A stretch of 51,854 nucleotides of DNA, the filler included, from Perkinsus olseni (lineage: Eukaryota): assembly GCA_013115125.1 (NCBI GenBank). It is 2 parts of 2 records of this genome, joined end to end, with 100 filler letters (N's around TTAATTAATTAA, not from the genome) between each part and the next. Parts side by side here need not be neighbours in the genome. Positions count along the whole stretch, not along the records: positions 1 to 25,919 come from JABANN010000491.1; 1 more part is not named here. One strand, written 5' to 3'. Made by a program: the position numbers and the translations under genes. Below the pieces are notes generated by a model. That model had not been told where the DNA came from. It worked only from the letters and a program-made list of their open reading frames with translations, and searched no databases. Of this stretch, positions 1 to 11,999 are shown piece after piece (position 1 is the stretch's first letter; every line of letters starts with the position of its first letter).

Positions 1-654
1 TTACCATAGCTAAAAGGGTGCACGCATGCACACTGAGATTGGGAGATAGACACAATAAGACATTCCTCTAACAAAGACGCACCAGAGCCTCGAGAAGTAG
101 TCCGGGGTCCAAAGGATGAGTAGCTGCTTGGACCGACAGAGGAACGTATCCATATTGTATATCCCCTGTCTTCTCGCAGCAGAGTCATTCTGAGGTATAC
201 AACACTTGTCGAGGAATACCATCCTCTTGTTACTTCGACTGGGCACGAGATGACCGAAGCAGATGCCGAGTACAAAAGCGATCGCTCCCAGGATCTGTAC
301 GACGAGAGACGCAATTCTCTGGTGGGCTGACAGGAAATATATTCCAACTGATAGAGGAATAACCGCGGCCAGCATGGCGATGTAACCAGTCTTGACATAA
401 AGGATACTTATCAGCGTCAAATGCTTCCAGGAGGGGCTGCCGGACCAAGAATGGCTGAGAAACATATCCAACTCTTCGACAGGCTTCGAGAGGGCATAAG
501 TCCCATCGGATCCTTCAGAACCACGGAACAAAGTCCATCTCCGGCTGATATCGCGCACAGAGACACCCCTGACCGACGCTGCAGGGAGCGTTCCAGCCGA
601 CGTTGGTCCATCACGGACTTCAACAGGCTGGAGGTTACTCTCCAACACACTCAT
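1..654 (-). CDS. TIR-like domain membrane protein (FLSHSW / FLDKCCIPQ family), 3' end runs off the window
   Basis: ATG at 654 (MSVLESN). Motifs MFLSHSW, two hydrophobic helices, VFLDKCCIPQ and FLCRSKQLLILWTPDYFSRLWCVF, then a probable GT donor at 72. These match TIR-fold strand/helix motifs. Confidence 0.7.
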
Positions 655-1371
655 CAAATGTTGGATACAAAACCTACAGCAGCACACCGTGATCAGGAAT
701 TCAGGACAAGAACTATGGGCATGCGATCTCCACCAGATTCAGAAGATGCTATACCCTCAGTTATTGTGTTGCAAGGGAGCTCACTGATCTTGCGAACTTC
801 TGAAGATCAGTGAGTTCTTTGGAGTCGACGCGTCTCAGTCCGCAATAATCCGCGAGGAGGTTCATGATAAAGTAGCGGACTTGTGAGCTCAAGCGGTCCG
901 CCACCTCAAGATGGCCGGATACGATTTGCACTCCAAGCGAACAAAGCGGATATTCAACGGGAATCCGGCACCGAAGTTGCCGCCGGCCACCGGATGGTTT
1001 AAGAACTTCAACTCAAAGACTCAGGCCGTGAAGGAGTTATTCACAGTGTGTCGCTGAATGATGAGATACCGTGCCTTAGCAGGCGCCATAGTTTGGACAC
1101 GATCGTATATACAGCTGTTCGAGGGCACCTTGAAAGCCTCTACTGTACGTAAGAGAGTATCTCTGATGGAAGTGTGAAGAGAGTTACGATGATGATAACG
1201 ACAAGAACAACAACAATCGAGCGGCTTAGACATGCGCTTCTTCCGAATGGTAGCAATCCGATATGCCTCTTGTCGAGCCGAAGGGCTCATAAGCTCGTAG
1301 TGAACGAAATAGGCTAATGGTACAGTAGGCAACAAGCCAAGAACACAGCAAAGCGATACTGCAAAAATACG

Positions 1372-2943
1372 TTATGTGGCGGCAGCAGCACACTGGTCGT
1401 CTCTGCCACGTCGAGGAGGCTCTGGTTGCGATCTCGTCTGAGGTTCCGAGTACAACCCTTTGAGCATCGGAGCGATCTCTTCCTCCCATATTTGCTTCTC
1501 TTCATGACTGAGTTTGAGCCATTCCCGAGCAGCTGATGTGCCGAGAGCTTCGAAGTCTATTTGCTCTTGAAATACCGATAGACCAGTGATACTATCCTCC
1601 TTCTCCCACACCTGCACGGAAATGATGACACACTCGAGCATCCAGGAGAGGGACAAATGCGGCTCACTTCGGATATGCCTGGCCACCACGGCGCCCACTT
1701 CTCCATGGCCACGATGAAGTGATCAGAAATGCAGACAGCCGGAAGATGCCTCAAGTCGACTTGACGCATCCTGACGAGCTCCTTCACGCTCACTGGCATG
1801 AACGCGAACCTCAGAACCTACCAGAATACCGACGTCCTATAAGGTGAGAAGACAACTTCCTACCAGCTGCTTCAGGGTCGTGAAACGGCTAAGTGCGTTT
1901 GCTACTGCAGTAACAGCATCACTATCACCGCTTATCTCAACATGTGGTAAATACAGCCGCTGAACCTAATAGTACAACAATGCGCATAACTACGGAAAAA
2001 CACACTCACCTCCTCCGGTCGCTCAATAGCATTCAGTATGTCCAACGCGAGCGTAGCCGATATCTCTGTCACGTCCGCAACGTCGAGCGCTAATGAAGTG
2101 AGCCTCGGCATAACCGGGAGAGCCTCTTGCTCGAACGTCGTCTCGTGGCCAGCTACGAAGTAGTCCGCCCGGACAGTCCTCAAAGACATACTATGAGCCC
2201 GCAGTATAGCACATAGAGTATCGAAGCTTCGAAGGCCACTGATGTGGAGCGACTCGAGCTGGTCAGGCGCGAAGACTTTCGTGCACAAGTCAACCAGGTC
2301 GTCAACAAAGTGCTCCTTCTCAGCGGCACAGTTGACCCGCAAGATTCGGACGTTGGGCACCGAGCCTGGCCTCAGTCGAGACAGAGCTGACAGGAGCCCA
2401 TGAGCCCCAGGCTTCCTCGCATCCAACTTCAAGCTTTGAATGCTAGGCAGACAGACTCGGTTAACGACCTTAGCGGCACGACCGAATGATACAGAGCTTG
2501 TTCCACCATGAGCGATATGCGGAACCAGCAGCTTCCCTTTGATCGGGTCACGACAAGCCACGTGGTAATGACGATTCGTAGCAGAGAGTCTCGCAATGTC
2601 TCTGTCAGTTAGAAATTGGACAATGTGTTCGAACGGGAGCTGTCCGACGGGCATAGCGAGCATCTGCCTTCTTTGCAGTTCGCAGGCAATTTCCAGCCTA
2701 AATGCGACCATCGATCGACCGGTCAACGAAGCCGAGTCATCTACTGACCTTCGCTGTGCGTAGCAAGCTCGTTTTTTCTCTAGATACATTATGTCCTGCT
2801 CCACAGCGAGTAGTTTAGACTCCACAATCTGAAGTACCAATTTCCGTTACTGAGCCCTTGCTTGCGTCATAACATCTACGTCTAGCCGCATAGGTTCGAT
2901 CCCCGGCAACGCCAACGCCCCCTTCCTACTACCTGCTGGGCAT
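1372..2943 (-). CDS. F-box/LRR-like protein, multi-exon; 5' end uncertain
   Basis: ORF 1932-2840 has F-box-like LPFEHIVQFLTDRDIARLSATNRHYHVAC and LxxLxL repeats. It splices in frame through donors near 2010, 1865 and 1667 to exons VQRLYLPHVE, VLRFAFMPVS and VWEKEDS...AAAAT-stop at 1372. Confidence 0.7.
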
Positions 2944-3151
2944 ATAAGACAATTTCTAGTGGCTTTGATGCCAAAGGTGCTTCCACCGGGAAGGCTGAGT
3001 CGAAAGTCATAAGAAAAGAGTAGTTAGAAAGAGACAAACTGATTTTCCGCGTGACCGAGCTATTACGAACGCAACCGCTGTTCCTCTACAGCACAATTGA
3101 GTGAATTATCGGAATTATCATGGTTCACGCTTCGCTTCGATACAGTGGCGC

Positions 3152-3848
3152 TCAATCGTCCGACTTCCCCTGCAGAAGTTCCTGTTCTTTCAACCTCAGG
3201 GACTCAGCGATAGTGACCCGACGGCCAAGTCCCGCCTGAGTACAGATCAAGCCGAATATAGTACTGAGGCCCTTTGTGATGGCTCCCACCTCCTCGCGAA
3301 GCTTTCTTCTCTTGGGCGTCCATACGGCCACCATTACCAGCGTTATGGTGATGGTCCCTATAAGAGTAGTAACCATAACCCTCCTACTGACCACCCTCAC
3401 TACCTAACCATAGTCCTAGGAGCACCCAACGATAATCCGTGCCACCGACGAAGATGAGCGAGTGGAATATCGTGTAGTAGCCAATGGAGACGCCCCAGTA
3501 GATGAAGAGGGCAAGGAGGCCGGTCCCTGATGATATCAGTAAAAAAAGCGGAGCGAAGCAGCTCACAATCGAGGGTATCGTCCTGGTCCTGCTGGTAGCG
3601 TCCCTGATCCTTATCTTCTCCGTCAGCCATTGCTGTGAGACAAAACGAAGAGGCAAGTCCTGTGGGGAACTAAGTGATCGGCGGTCCTCTGCGAGACGCG
3701 CCTACGGCGTGGAGGAAACGCAAGATTGCAAGATTCTGTCCCTGATCAGCCGAGAACGCGAGACTTCAGCGTAGTCAGGGTTAGGGCTACTGTCTGCCGC
3801 TCACTGAGTGGGCTCAGGATACTTCGCGCTGCAATTCAGGTTGTACAT
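3152..3848 (-). CDS. hypothetical small membrane protein, multi-exon
   Basis: Hydrophobic segments in ORFs 3384-3656 and 3152-3400 with plausible GT/AG sites. Candidate ATG near 3848; exon joining is ambiguous. Confidence 0.35.
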
Positions 3849-4083
3849 ATAAAGAAACGTCTTTTCCAATAATAAGACCGCTGTGCTTTGTAGGAGACTG
3901 CCCGGACTCTTCAAAATTATTCGTCTCCTCGTTGTGTCACAACTTAGTTCATCTTCACCATCGCTAGAACTAGAGTCAAACCACTCGCGGCAAACGATGA
4001 GCGGGACCAGTCTCGTGTAACTACCGGTATGCGCTGCCCTGCAGTACTCTTTCTACTGTTTCCTTTCTTAAAACTACTCTAGG

Positions 4084-5468
4084 ATGTATATCGCCCCCTC
4101 TTCACGTCTTCCCTTGTTCTGTTTTGCGGTTATCTGGATATCCGCCTCTGTGGCACAGGTAACTTCCCAGCTAACATGCAACATAATTTTAATCTTCTCG
4201 TTTGCAGGTGGTGCTCAACAAGTGGTTTCAGTTTCTACTGACTCCACAGATCCCTTGGTTCCTGGCTGACCTCGCCGGTGCTGGTTTCGTCTTCACTGCG
4301 CCCTTCTACGTCTGGTTCGTGTTCGAGCAAAGCATCAAGGCGAAGCATGCCGGCATTCACGGAGAGACCATGAAGGATTTATTTAAAGCCCCATACTCTA
4401 CCAGGAGGATTCAGTGGCACATGTGGAGCGGTTTGACCATGGCCATCCAGCTTGTGTCCATCTCCTTCGCACTGACGATGATGCCAGGAAGCACGTTCAC
4501 TGTTATTAGAAGCAGCGAGCTCCTCATTGGCCTTATCCTCTCGGTGATAGTCTTCAAGAAGGTCTTCAACAAGTGGCATTATCTTTCGATTGTCATGATG
4601 CTCACTGGCGGGTCTATGACTGCCCTTGCAATGGCCAAGCCCGCTCAAGCTCAGCATCATGAATACAACATGCCTTTGGGAATTCTCATCACAGTTTTCG
4701 GAGTGGCAGGCTCCAGTACGGTTCAGGCCATTCTTACTGAGTGGGTTTACAAGCAGAAGATTCTTGTCAAGTCCAGGAACGACCATCTCTTGGAGGCTGG
4801 AGTGTAAGTTGTCACGGGCTGGGCATTTTCGTGGCGCACGCGGTGATGGATCGTATTTCCAGGTACAGCATGGTCTTCTGCTGTCTATGGCAGTGCTTGT
4901 TTACTGCGTGCTTCTCTGGTGGGGAGTATCGCATGTGGTGGTCTACTCTATCGCCTCATCTCAACGGCTTGAACATCACCTTGCTGGTCATTCTCTGTGC
5001 ATCCCGTGCCATCGCCTTGGTTGCGAAGATCGGTGTTACAGCGCATTCGGATGCCATGTTCAACCGTACTCTGTCGACTGTTAGGCGTGCCACTCAGGTA
5101 GGCTCCCCTAGCGGGTCGGTCAACTCTCACTTCCGTCCTTTCAGATCACTATCATGGCAATCCTGTTCCACGAGCCCATGTCCTTCATTGCGATCGCTGG
5201 AATTCTTCTCACGCTCGCCGCCTGCCTGTTGTACGGTTTGGCTAAGAGCCCGACAGTGAGGTCTCCTAAGGCTGACAACCTCGTGAGACAAGACGATGTA
5301 AGTCTCGATCTGGGCGCACGTTCATGTGGGAGTATCCGTGTTACCGTGGATGCGCGTTTTCTGTGGGTCGGGAGAGGAGCTCCCACGCTTCTCTGTGCTG
5401 GGGCCTTCCTATTGGTTCAAGCCAGACAGCGAACTTTTGGCGTTGGCTCTTTTCAGAATTATTCTTGA
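4084..5468 (+). CDS. DMT-superfamily transporter, purine permease (PUP)/nucleotide-sugar transporter-like, copy 1
   Basis: Exons about 4084-4158, 4208-4803, 4863-5097, 5145-5297; last exon uncertain. Many TM helices; motifs MPGSTFTVIRSSELL, AHSDAMFNRTL, AILFHE. Confidence 0.8.
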
Positions 5469-5986
5469 TATGAGATCACTTGAGTAGTAGTTTAACGCGC
5501 GATTGCTGATGAGCGGCGGGCCGAGTCGGCGTCTATGCTGCCTTGTTGTCAGGCATTACGAGAGAAGCTGCTGGAGAAGAGCGTGAAGGATATTGAAGCG
5601 GGTATGGCGGTAAGCGCTCGAAGAGCTGTTCGCGTAGGATAGGCCGTGAACCATTCTGTACAAACGGTTCTGATCTAGTTGTACTGTTGTTGTTTTACTC
5701 TGGGGGTTGCTGTTCGGGTGGCTCGCTCCGAAAATGGAGTGCAGCCCAACGCTGTTATACGGTCATTTTAGAGTGTACTGCACTGTCCTTAGAGTGGATA
5801 TTGATGAGATCACAGTCCACTGACATTCTAGTCCTTCAACGGACTAGCTGATTACCCTTTTCCCGTCTTAACTACGCAGCATCAGTGTTCTGTCAATAAC
5901 CGCCGGGTGGTATTTCGCACGATGAAACGTGTCGAATTCCGGCTGCGGATGTAGTCGTCGGAGGTATTGATTCATCACTTTCGAAA

Positions 5987-8032
5987 ATGCCTGCAGCGAG
6001 CTCTTCCCGACATCTTGATCATGGCCGCGGGTCTTTACATATCGCTGCATCCTCTGTCATACCATTGATCTGTTTCACAACAGTGTGGATAACGTCGTCT
6101 GTCGGCCAGGTGGGTGATCGAGGAGCGGCCAGTCGTTGGGTGGTCAGTGCCTCCTGAGGAGAGGTCTTACGCTGCTTAGGTTGTTTTGGTCAAGTACTTC
6201 CAGTTGGTGCTGCATCCTCAGCTGCCCTGGTTACTGGCCGTCCTCGGGGGGATAGGCTTCGTTATCGTCATACCGGTCTATTTTTACTTCTGCGTCAAGC
6301 GGGTACGGTATGAGAAAAGTAGGTCCCTCGAGCAGTAGTGTTTTCTCGGACATTGCCCTCTTGCTTTCAGGGGAGTGTCTTAGTCCATCGAGTCTGGGGG
6401 ATCTTTTTATGGCGCCGTACTCGACCGGAAGGATCAAGTATCATATTTTGGGAGGCGTGCTCACCGGCTTCCAGCTGCTTTCCATCTCGGTGAGTCCGGT
6501 ATCTTAGGTCGAAGCTCGCGCGAAATATGAGGTCGGGAGGTCGGATCATCACTGTTTATCAGTTTGCACTGAAGATGCTACCAGGCAGTACTTTCACGGT
6601 GGTCCGCGGTAGTGAACTCCTCATCACATTGAGCCTCTCGCTTTTCTTTTTCGGCAAGTGAGTCCGCAGGCTTCCCCTTCGCTACGGCGTAGCCCGTGTT
6701 CAGGCCCTACAACATGTATCACTATACTGGAGTAGCAGCCATGATTGCTGGTGGTTTGATGGTATCAATGGCCACGGCCCAGCAGGAGGAGGTCGATCGT
6801 AATGACATCAATGTCGTTGCCGGCGTGGCGATCACCTTCTTCGGTGAGTCAGTCCTTTCGGGATACGGCATTGTGCGTGCAGTAATCGTGGCCGTGACTG
6901 AGTGTAGAGTGCTCAGCCCCATTTGGGTGGTGATAGTCGACAGGGGTGTCAGGTGTGGCCTTCACGAGCTGCTCTCAAGCGGTTTTGGTCGAATGGTTGT
7001 ATCACAACAACGTGATGGTGAAGAAGAGATACGACCATCTCATGGAGATCTCCTTGTAACAGAGCGCCGCATCTACGACCCACGTTTGAGATCTACCGTA
7101 GGTACACGACTATGTGGACGGCGATTGTTCTGTTGGTCGGCACCTACTTCTTCTCGGAAGGTGAATATCATACGTGGACGGAAACAATATCGGTGGGTTC
7201 CTTTCTGCCTGTATCACAGGCCCCAGACACTCGGAGCTGCGCTTGCTTTTCATCTTGGCTCTGCCCCTGCTCATAATTCGTGTCCGTCGGTTATCCATGG
7301 TTTGGCTGACTGCTTCGCAGCCGGCTACGGTCCTGGCAGTGGATACTGTTCGACGCGGATTCCCTCCGATGGTTGTCTCTCTCGTGTATGTGCCCTATTG
7401 CCGTGAGATGGGCGTCCTACATTTTGGCACTCTCTGCTGGCTTGCTCCACCAGTAGATTCTCCTTTCTCGTCATGTTCATGCGTGCAACCGTGACGCTGT
7501 GACGCCGTAGCACCCGAGCGTGCGCCGTCCTTCCTGCCAGCTATTACATCGTTCCTCGCTGTACTACTGCTCTCAGGAAGCGATCGCCGCTTCCCCGGTG
7601 ACCACGTGGTTGTGCCTTATCGGTCTCACCATATCCCGAGCTTTGGCTATGACCACTAAAGTCGGCGTCACGGTGCACTCTGATGCTATGTTCAACAGAT
7701 CTCTTACCACCATCAGGAGGGTCTGCCAGGTGAGTCCTTAGTATCGTTCTGCTTCAGTCGACGTTGTCCTGGTAGATATCTTCTATGGCTATTCTGTTCC
7801 ATGAGCATCTCTCGGCCTTGGCCCTGATTGGCATCCTCGTCAGCATCGCTGCGAGCTCCCTTTATGCGGCGGCAGGTGAGCATTACTTAGCCTCTCGCGA
7901 ATGGACTCGTGCGGGCTGCGTGAGAAGGACATATGCTCGCTTTGCTCAGCATCTCTGGGTTCGAAGCGCCCTGTGGTGCACCCCTCCAGCGTCGAGGGCA
8001 GCGCCCAGGCTCCTCTGCTTGCTAAGAGATAA
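5987..8032 (+). CDS. DMT-superfamily transporter, PUP-like, copy 2
   Basis: ATG 5987 (MPAASSS...VIPLICFTTVWITSSVGQ), about 10 exons, LPGSTFTVVRGSELL, VHSDAMFNRSL, ends APLLAKR-TAA at 8032. Clearly paralogous to copies 1 and 3. Confidence 0.8.
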
Positions 8033-8289
8033 AGTATGTCGTGACGAGGCTACGGTCTTGTCTATATTGCTCTGATTGTCACAGTCTTGATATTGATTCT
8101 TCAAATAACTCCATTTCTGCGTACTACATTTCGGGTCGTCTGCGAGCAGCACCGAAAATACGGGCTCCTGACATGCGTGAGAACGCCCATGATCGACCTA
8201 AGATACCATGTAGTCGTGTTGCAGTGATCAATGCTGGTTGGATCGTCCTCTGCCGTTGTCTTTTTCCTTCTGCATCATCTGTCTCAAGG

Positions 8290-9925
8290 ATGTCCAACGA
8301 GAACAGCAGTAGTCATAGAATAGCGAAGTCCTCGGTTATACCATTGATATGCTTTACCACCATCTGGATCATTTCCTCCGTCGGTCAGGTGAGACCTGCT
8401 CGAATCCGAGTACCACATCTTCGTTTCATCGCGGCTTGTCAGGTCGTATTGGTCAAATACTTTCAAACAGTTCTGCACCCACAGCTGCCATGGCTGTTGG
8501 CGGACTTGGCAGGCGTCGGCTTCGTGTTCGTTATTCCGATCTACATCGCCTTCTGTCTGAAGAGAGTCAAGCTCGAGGAAGGTGAGTCCTTTGTTGTGGT
8601 TTTGGAAGTGGCTTGGAGATCCGCTGGCAGAGAAGGAGGAGAACCCATCGACGCTGATGGATCTCTTCATGGCGCCGTACAGGACCGGCAGGATCAAGTG
8701 GCATATTCTGGGAGGGCTCTTTACGGGCTGCCAGCTGCTCTGTATCTCTGTGAGCTACGCCGGGATAGGGTGGGGTTGATGGGTTGCCTCCATTCAGTTT
8801 GCGCTGAAGATGTTACCGGGCAGCACTTTCACTGTGGTGCGTACCTGCGAGCTCCTCATTACGTTAGTGACCTCTATTTTGCTGCTGGGGAAGTAGGATG
8901 CACCAGCCTCGAGTTGCCTGCAATCTTGTTCCTACCAGGGTCTTCAATCGCTATCATTACGTCGCTATCGGAGCGATGCTCGTTGGCGGTGCGATTGATT
9001 CCTTCGCTACGCAGCATGACGATAAGGTTTCCAAAGCCGACGTCCACGTCTTCGCCGGAGTGCTCATAACCTTCTTTGGTGGGTACCCTCACTGATGATC
9101 GCACTTCCGGCCGTTATTGCCGTGCTAGGTGTGGCCTTGGCGAGCTCCTCGCAGGCAGTGCTGGTTGAGTGGCTCTACCAGCGCAACATCATGGTCAAGA
9201 AGCGATATGATCACTTGATGGAGATTTCACTGTAGATGTGGCTGTGATATTCTTGTGGCGAGTGACGAATTCATCAGGTACACCACGTTCTATACGTGCG
9301 TCGCTCTGATGCTTGGCACGTTTTTGTTTTCTGGAGAGGAGACCCATTATTGGTTCCAGGCCATCAAGGTGAGATCTCCGTGAATATCGCGCGCGCCCTG
9401 AAGATATGCAGATCGAACCTCATTATTGCGATTCAGGACGCTATTCAAGTGGCCCCTTTCACTACATGGGTGTGCCTTATCGGTTTGACCATGTCCCGTG
9501 CCGTAGCCATGACCTCGAAGGTCGGCGTAACGGTCCACTCTGACGCTATGTTCAACCGATCTCTCACCACGGTCAGAAGGGTCTGCCAGGTAAGATTGCA
9601 CTTGGTTCGCGCACTACGATGCTGATTAACGGGCCCTATTACTGCTCTCTTAGATCACCTTCATGGCGGTCATCTTTCACGAGCATCTCAGCGCCCTAGC
9701 TGTGTTTGGCATTTTCCTCAGTGTTGCGGCCAGCAGTCTCTACGCGTTTGCTGGTAAGTGTAGTGGTGGCTTGTGGTTGACTATTCTGATTCCTGAGCTG
9801 CAGCGTCCCTAGTTTCTTCCTCCTCAGCGACACTCGGCGCCAGTACAAGCACTCGCGTCGATGCTAAGACGAGCGGGGTGGCACCTCTCCTGCAGGAGAA
9901 TCTTTTAGCTGGAAAGACGGCTTAG
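8290..9925 (+). CDS. DMT-superfamily transporter, PUP-like, copy 3
   Basis: ATG 8290 (MSNENSSSH...VIPLICFTTIW), same intron positions as copy 2, LPGSTFTVVRTCELL, VHSDAMFNRSL, ends GKTA-TAG at 9925. Confidence 0.8.
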
Positions 9926-10702
9926 ATAGCGCCCTCAGAGTTGTGTATTTTCAGCGATAAAGTCGCTCTATTTTTCCCAACGCGACAGGGGGACGAGCGT
10001 GACTTGCTCGGTTCGATGAAGCTTGGAGGACAAGTCGTGGTCTGTTCCTTTTTACTCTCATCTTTCATCTGATCTCTGGCTTAGGCCAGTGAGGATCGTT
10101 CTGATTACTTGCTAGAGCCCTGCTATCACCTGGTCATCTAGCACTTAATTGAAAGAGGTCAAGTAGCGATATGCCTACACAGTGTTGAGTGGAAGTCAGA
10201 GGGTCGTCTGTTGGAATCCTGCAGGGTCGGTCTAGACGGGATTGCTGTTCCTGTGGGTCGCTCAGGGCATCCCTGGTAGTCTGGCAGGGAATATTGGCAG
10301 CCGATATCCCTTGCTGACTCCTTCATTGATACGCTGACAAGAGCTGTGAGTGCCGGTGTCTGGTTTCTTTCCCAGCCAAGAAAAGGTTCAAGTTTCTTTG
10401 TCTTTTCGTCGATCGCTTGATGGTTACGAGTTTGGTCATCAACCCGACACTAGTAGAAGATTTGAGGACTCAGCAGAGGTGGGCAAAGTTGGAAATTCCA
10501 TTGAAGTAGCGGCGTAAGTAGTATGGCGCTTCGGCTCATCCGCCATGGTTCGAGTTGTGATGCTCTAGCGGCTCGTACCGCCCGATGCTGTCGCTTAGGC
10601 GAGATATTTCCGTGACAGAAATGCTGTATGTGCGAACTTACCGGTCGAATGTTACAAGAGCAACATGAGTTTCGGCGGGACCTCACGTTCGTGTTAGAGC
10701 TC

Positions 10703-11755
10703 ATGGCTCGGATGGGGGCAGTACCGCCAGGATGGCGTAGCCGAGAAGTCGACGCGGGTGAAACTCAGTGGCTTCCGTGGGCAGATTTTCCTAGCAACCG
10801 AACGGTCCGTGGGGAGAGAGCTGTACTTGTCATGCAAGGCAGGTACCCCCTGGCTGAGCGGGAGGAAGTGTTTTTACTGCGGAGAAGTAACATAGTGTTC
10901 TCAGCGAAGGGGCCGTCCTTTGGAGGGCTAAGGGCGACAGGGGAGGCCTTCTTGACGACTAAGAGATTGGTACTATTGGGGTGCCCGCATGTACATAGGC
11001 CTCTGAACTGGGCTTATCGATTAGGTGTTCGTGATTGGTAAAGATGGCAGTGGTAGTCGCCCTGACTTCTACTCGGCGTCGGTCCCTTTCGAGGCCTGGA
11101 AGAATCCCAAATTTCGGCAGCCTGTTTTTGGAGCGAATTTTTTGGAAGGTACTAGGAGTTGGATACCTCTCTGATCAATCGGTGGGGTCGATCGGGTGTC
11201 TTCCCATCACCGCTTGGCGGCCACCACTGCAAGGTCGATCGCCATTGGGGGGGGCCTCCGAGCGTGTAACGCGCTACATCTCATCTCTGATCGTATTCAT
11301 CTACGTGTGACTTGCTCCAGTACTGTGATGGATGGTGGTGTGGTAATGGTTTATGCCCTTCTAGGTGTATCAGAGGATCCAATCCCTGGTGCAGGCGAGT
11401 GCCACTTCTCCTACACTTTCAACAGTGGTGGCTGTGGTAGTGTTTGAGAGATGTCATCCTGTGATTCCCAGTTGGTCTCTGCTATACACAGGCACGTTCC
11501 TGCCCATATTCCACCGGCTCCATGCAGTGACGACATGGTCGGCCGCCAACTCTGGCGCGCCGGGTGATCGGATTAGACCAGCCAACAGTAGTTTCGTACG
11601 ATCAATCCTCGCTGGTAGGGTAGTTGCTCCTGTGTCCCAGCTTGCAGCATCCTGAACTTGTCTCAGGTGACCTCAGCGCAGTGGGGTTCCAGGATCCGAG
11701 CGACCCTTCGGTCATCTATGTCGCACAGCCTACCCAGCCACATGGCTTGGAGTGA
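10703..11755 (+). CDS. WBP2: WW domain-binding protein 2-like (GRAM/PH-like fold); start uncertain
   Basis: Spliced motifs GEAFLTTKRLVLL, KNPKFRQPVFGANFLEG, FSYTFNSGGCGTFLPIF and C-terminal FQDPSDPSVIYVAQP; TGA at 11753-11755. Confidence 0.75.
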
Positions 11756-11999
11756 TCTCAGACTGTCACAATATGTATTATTGACCCTGTCATATTCGTC
11801 GAACTATTCCTAATTTCTACAGCGAGTTATGTTGGGGAATTAGTCCCAGTTAGCGGGAATGGGAGCGGAATGCCCGCCGCCGTCGTGATTGCAAGATTGC
11901 GAAACCCAGCTGAGGGATCAGGTGGCTCTGTCGATACCATGGCTATTGGTTAGTGGTCGGGAAGTGCAGCTGAGGACTTCGGCCCTACTGCTATCTCTC

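Noticed and set aside
2893-2914. GGTTCGATCCCCGGCAACGCCA, resembling a tRNA T-loop and 3' end
   Set aside because: The T-stem does not pair and no D or anticodon arms are evident.
7251-7261. CATCTTGGCTC, partial match to the Perkinsus/dinoflagellate spliced leader
   Set aside because: Only 11 nt, intronic, flanks do not match; compatible with chance.
8041-9069. 342-aa ORF as a single CDS
   Set aside because: Read-through of upstream sequence, introns and shifted frames of transporter copy 3.
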